Origin: Podarcis melisellensis
Lineage: Eukaryota
Assembly: GCA_964234715.1 (NCBI GenBank)
Contig: OZ174278.1
Reading direction: 5' to 3' (one strand)
Length of the DNA: 64,000 nt
The position numbers and the translations under genes were made by a program. Shown here in pieces: positions 63,595 through 64,000 of this stretch. The notes below the pieces were generated by a model. It was not told the DNA's origin and did no database searches. It saw only the letters and a program-made list of their open reading frames with translations. How positions within the stretch are numbered: the first letter of the stretch is position 1; each line of letters opens with the position of its first letter.

Positions 63595-64000
63595 CTGTTC
63601 TTCAAAAAATGCCATTTTTTCTTCTGTTTTCCTGCTGTGTTTGTAATCTGAAAACAATATCCCATCATTTATTTAAAAAAAGAAAGAAAGATAAATTGTT
63701 CTGCTTCTATGCAAGGATACCGCAGAATGCTTGTTGAAAGGCTTCATAACATTGCCACACACAATAGCACTTGTGAACATTCTAATGCCAAACTTGCTTG
63801 AATAATCTCCTTGTGTCAACTAGACAAGAGGTTGTGCAATTTTCATTCAACTCATACTAAAACCACCAATTCTAAGATGTGGTTATGCCATTCTTGTAAT
63901 TTAAAATTATATATCTATCCTTTCACGGATTTCCTGATGATAGAATGCAGGGTGCTTGTACTGATCTCATCACAAACATTTTCATTTTCATTTATTTATA

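Noticed and set aside
1-64000. Exons of the syntenic neighbours ERG or KCNJ6; CRISPR, rRNA or viral genes
   Set aside because: No ETS-domain, GIRK2, rRNA, regularly spaced repeat-spacer or viral motifs were seen.

Overview
Vertebrate genomic DNA, very likely from a squamate, probably a lacertid lizard (inferred from a Sauria SINE, BovB, CR1/L2/L1 and squamate-type MITEs). The only host gene recognised is KCNJ15 (Kir4.2 inward-rectifier K+ channel), a single coding exon on the minus strand at 15603-16730. It has a splice acceptor just upstream of the ATG, candidate poly(A) signals at 13230 and 10554, and candidate non-coding 5' exons near 34.2-34.9 kb and 41.2 kb. The rest is intron or intergenic DNA full of transposon relics: a young 5'-truncated L1 with a 19-bp TSD, two Gypsy-type solo LTRs with 5-bp TSDs, a Sauria SINE nested in BovB, six TA-flanked Tc1/mariner MITEs, hAT MITEs, tRNA-derived SINEs and microsatellites. 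There is one 129-N assembly gap. The best leads are: (i) two divergent solo LTRs sharing an in-register acidic / (S/T)PR / Arg-rich reading frame; (ii) an L1 whose 338-aa ORF gets its start codons from the TSD; (iii) SINEs with two different tRNA heads on the same CR1 tail; (iv) a Kir4.2 outer loop lacking the N-glycan sequon, with a Kir4.1-like GYGFRY motif; (v) an AT-rich but CpG-undepleted island at about 40.2-40.8 kb. Family assignments are by-eye recognition, not database searches.
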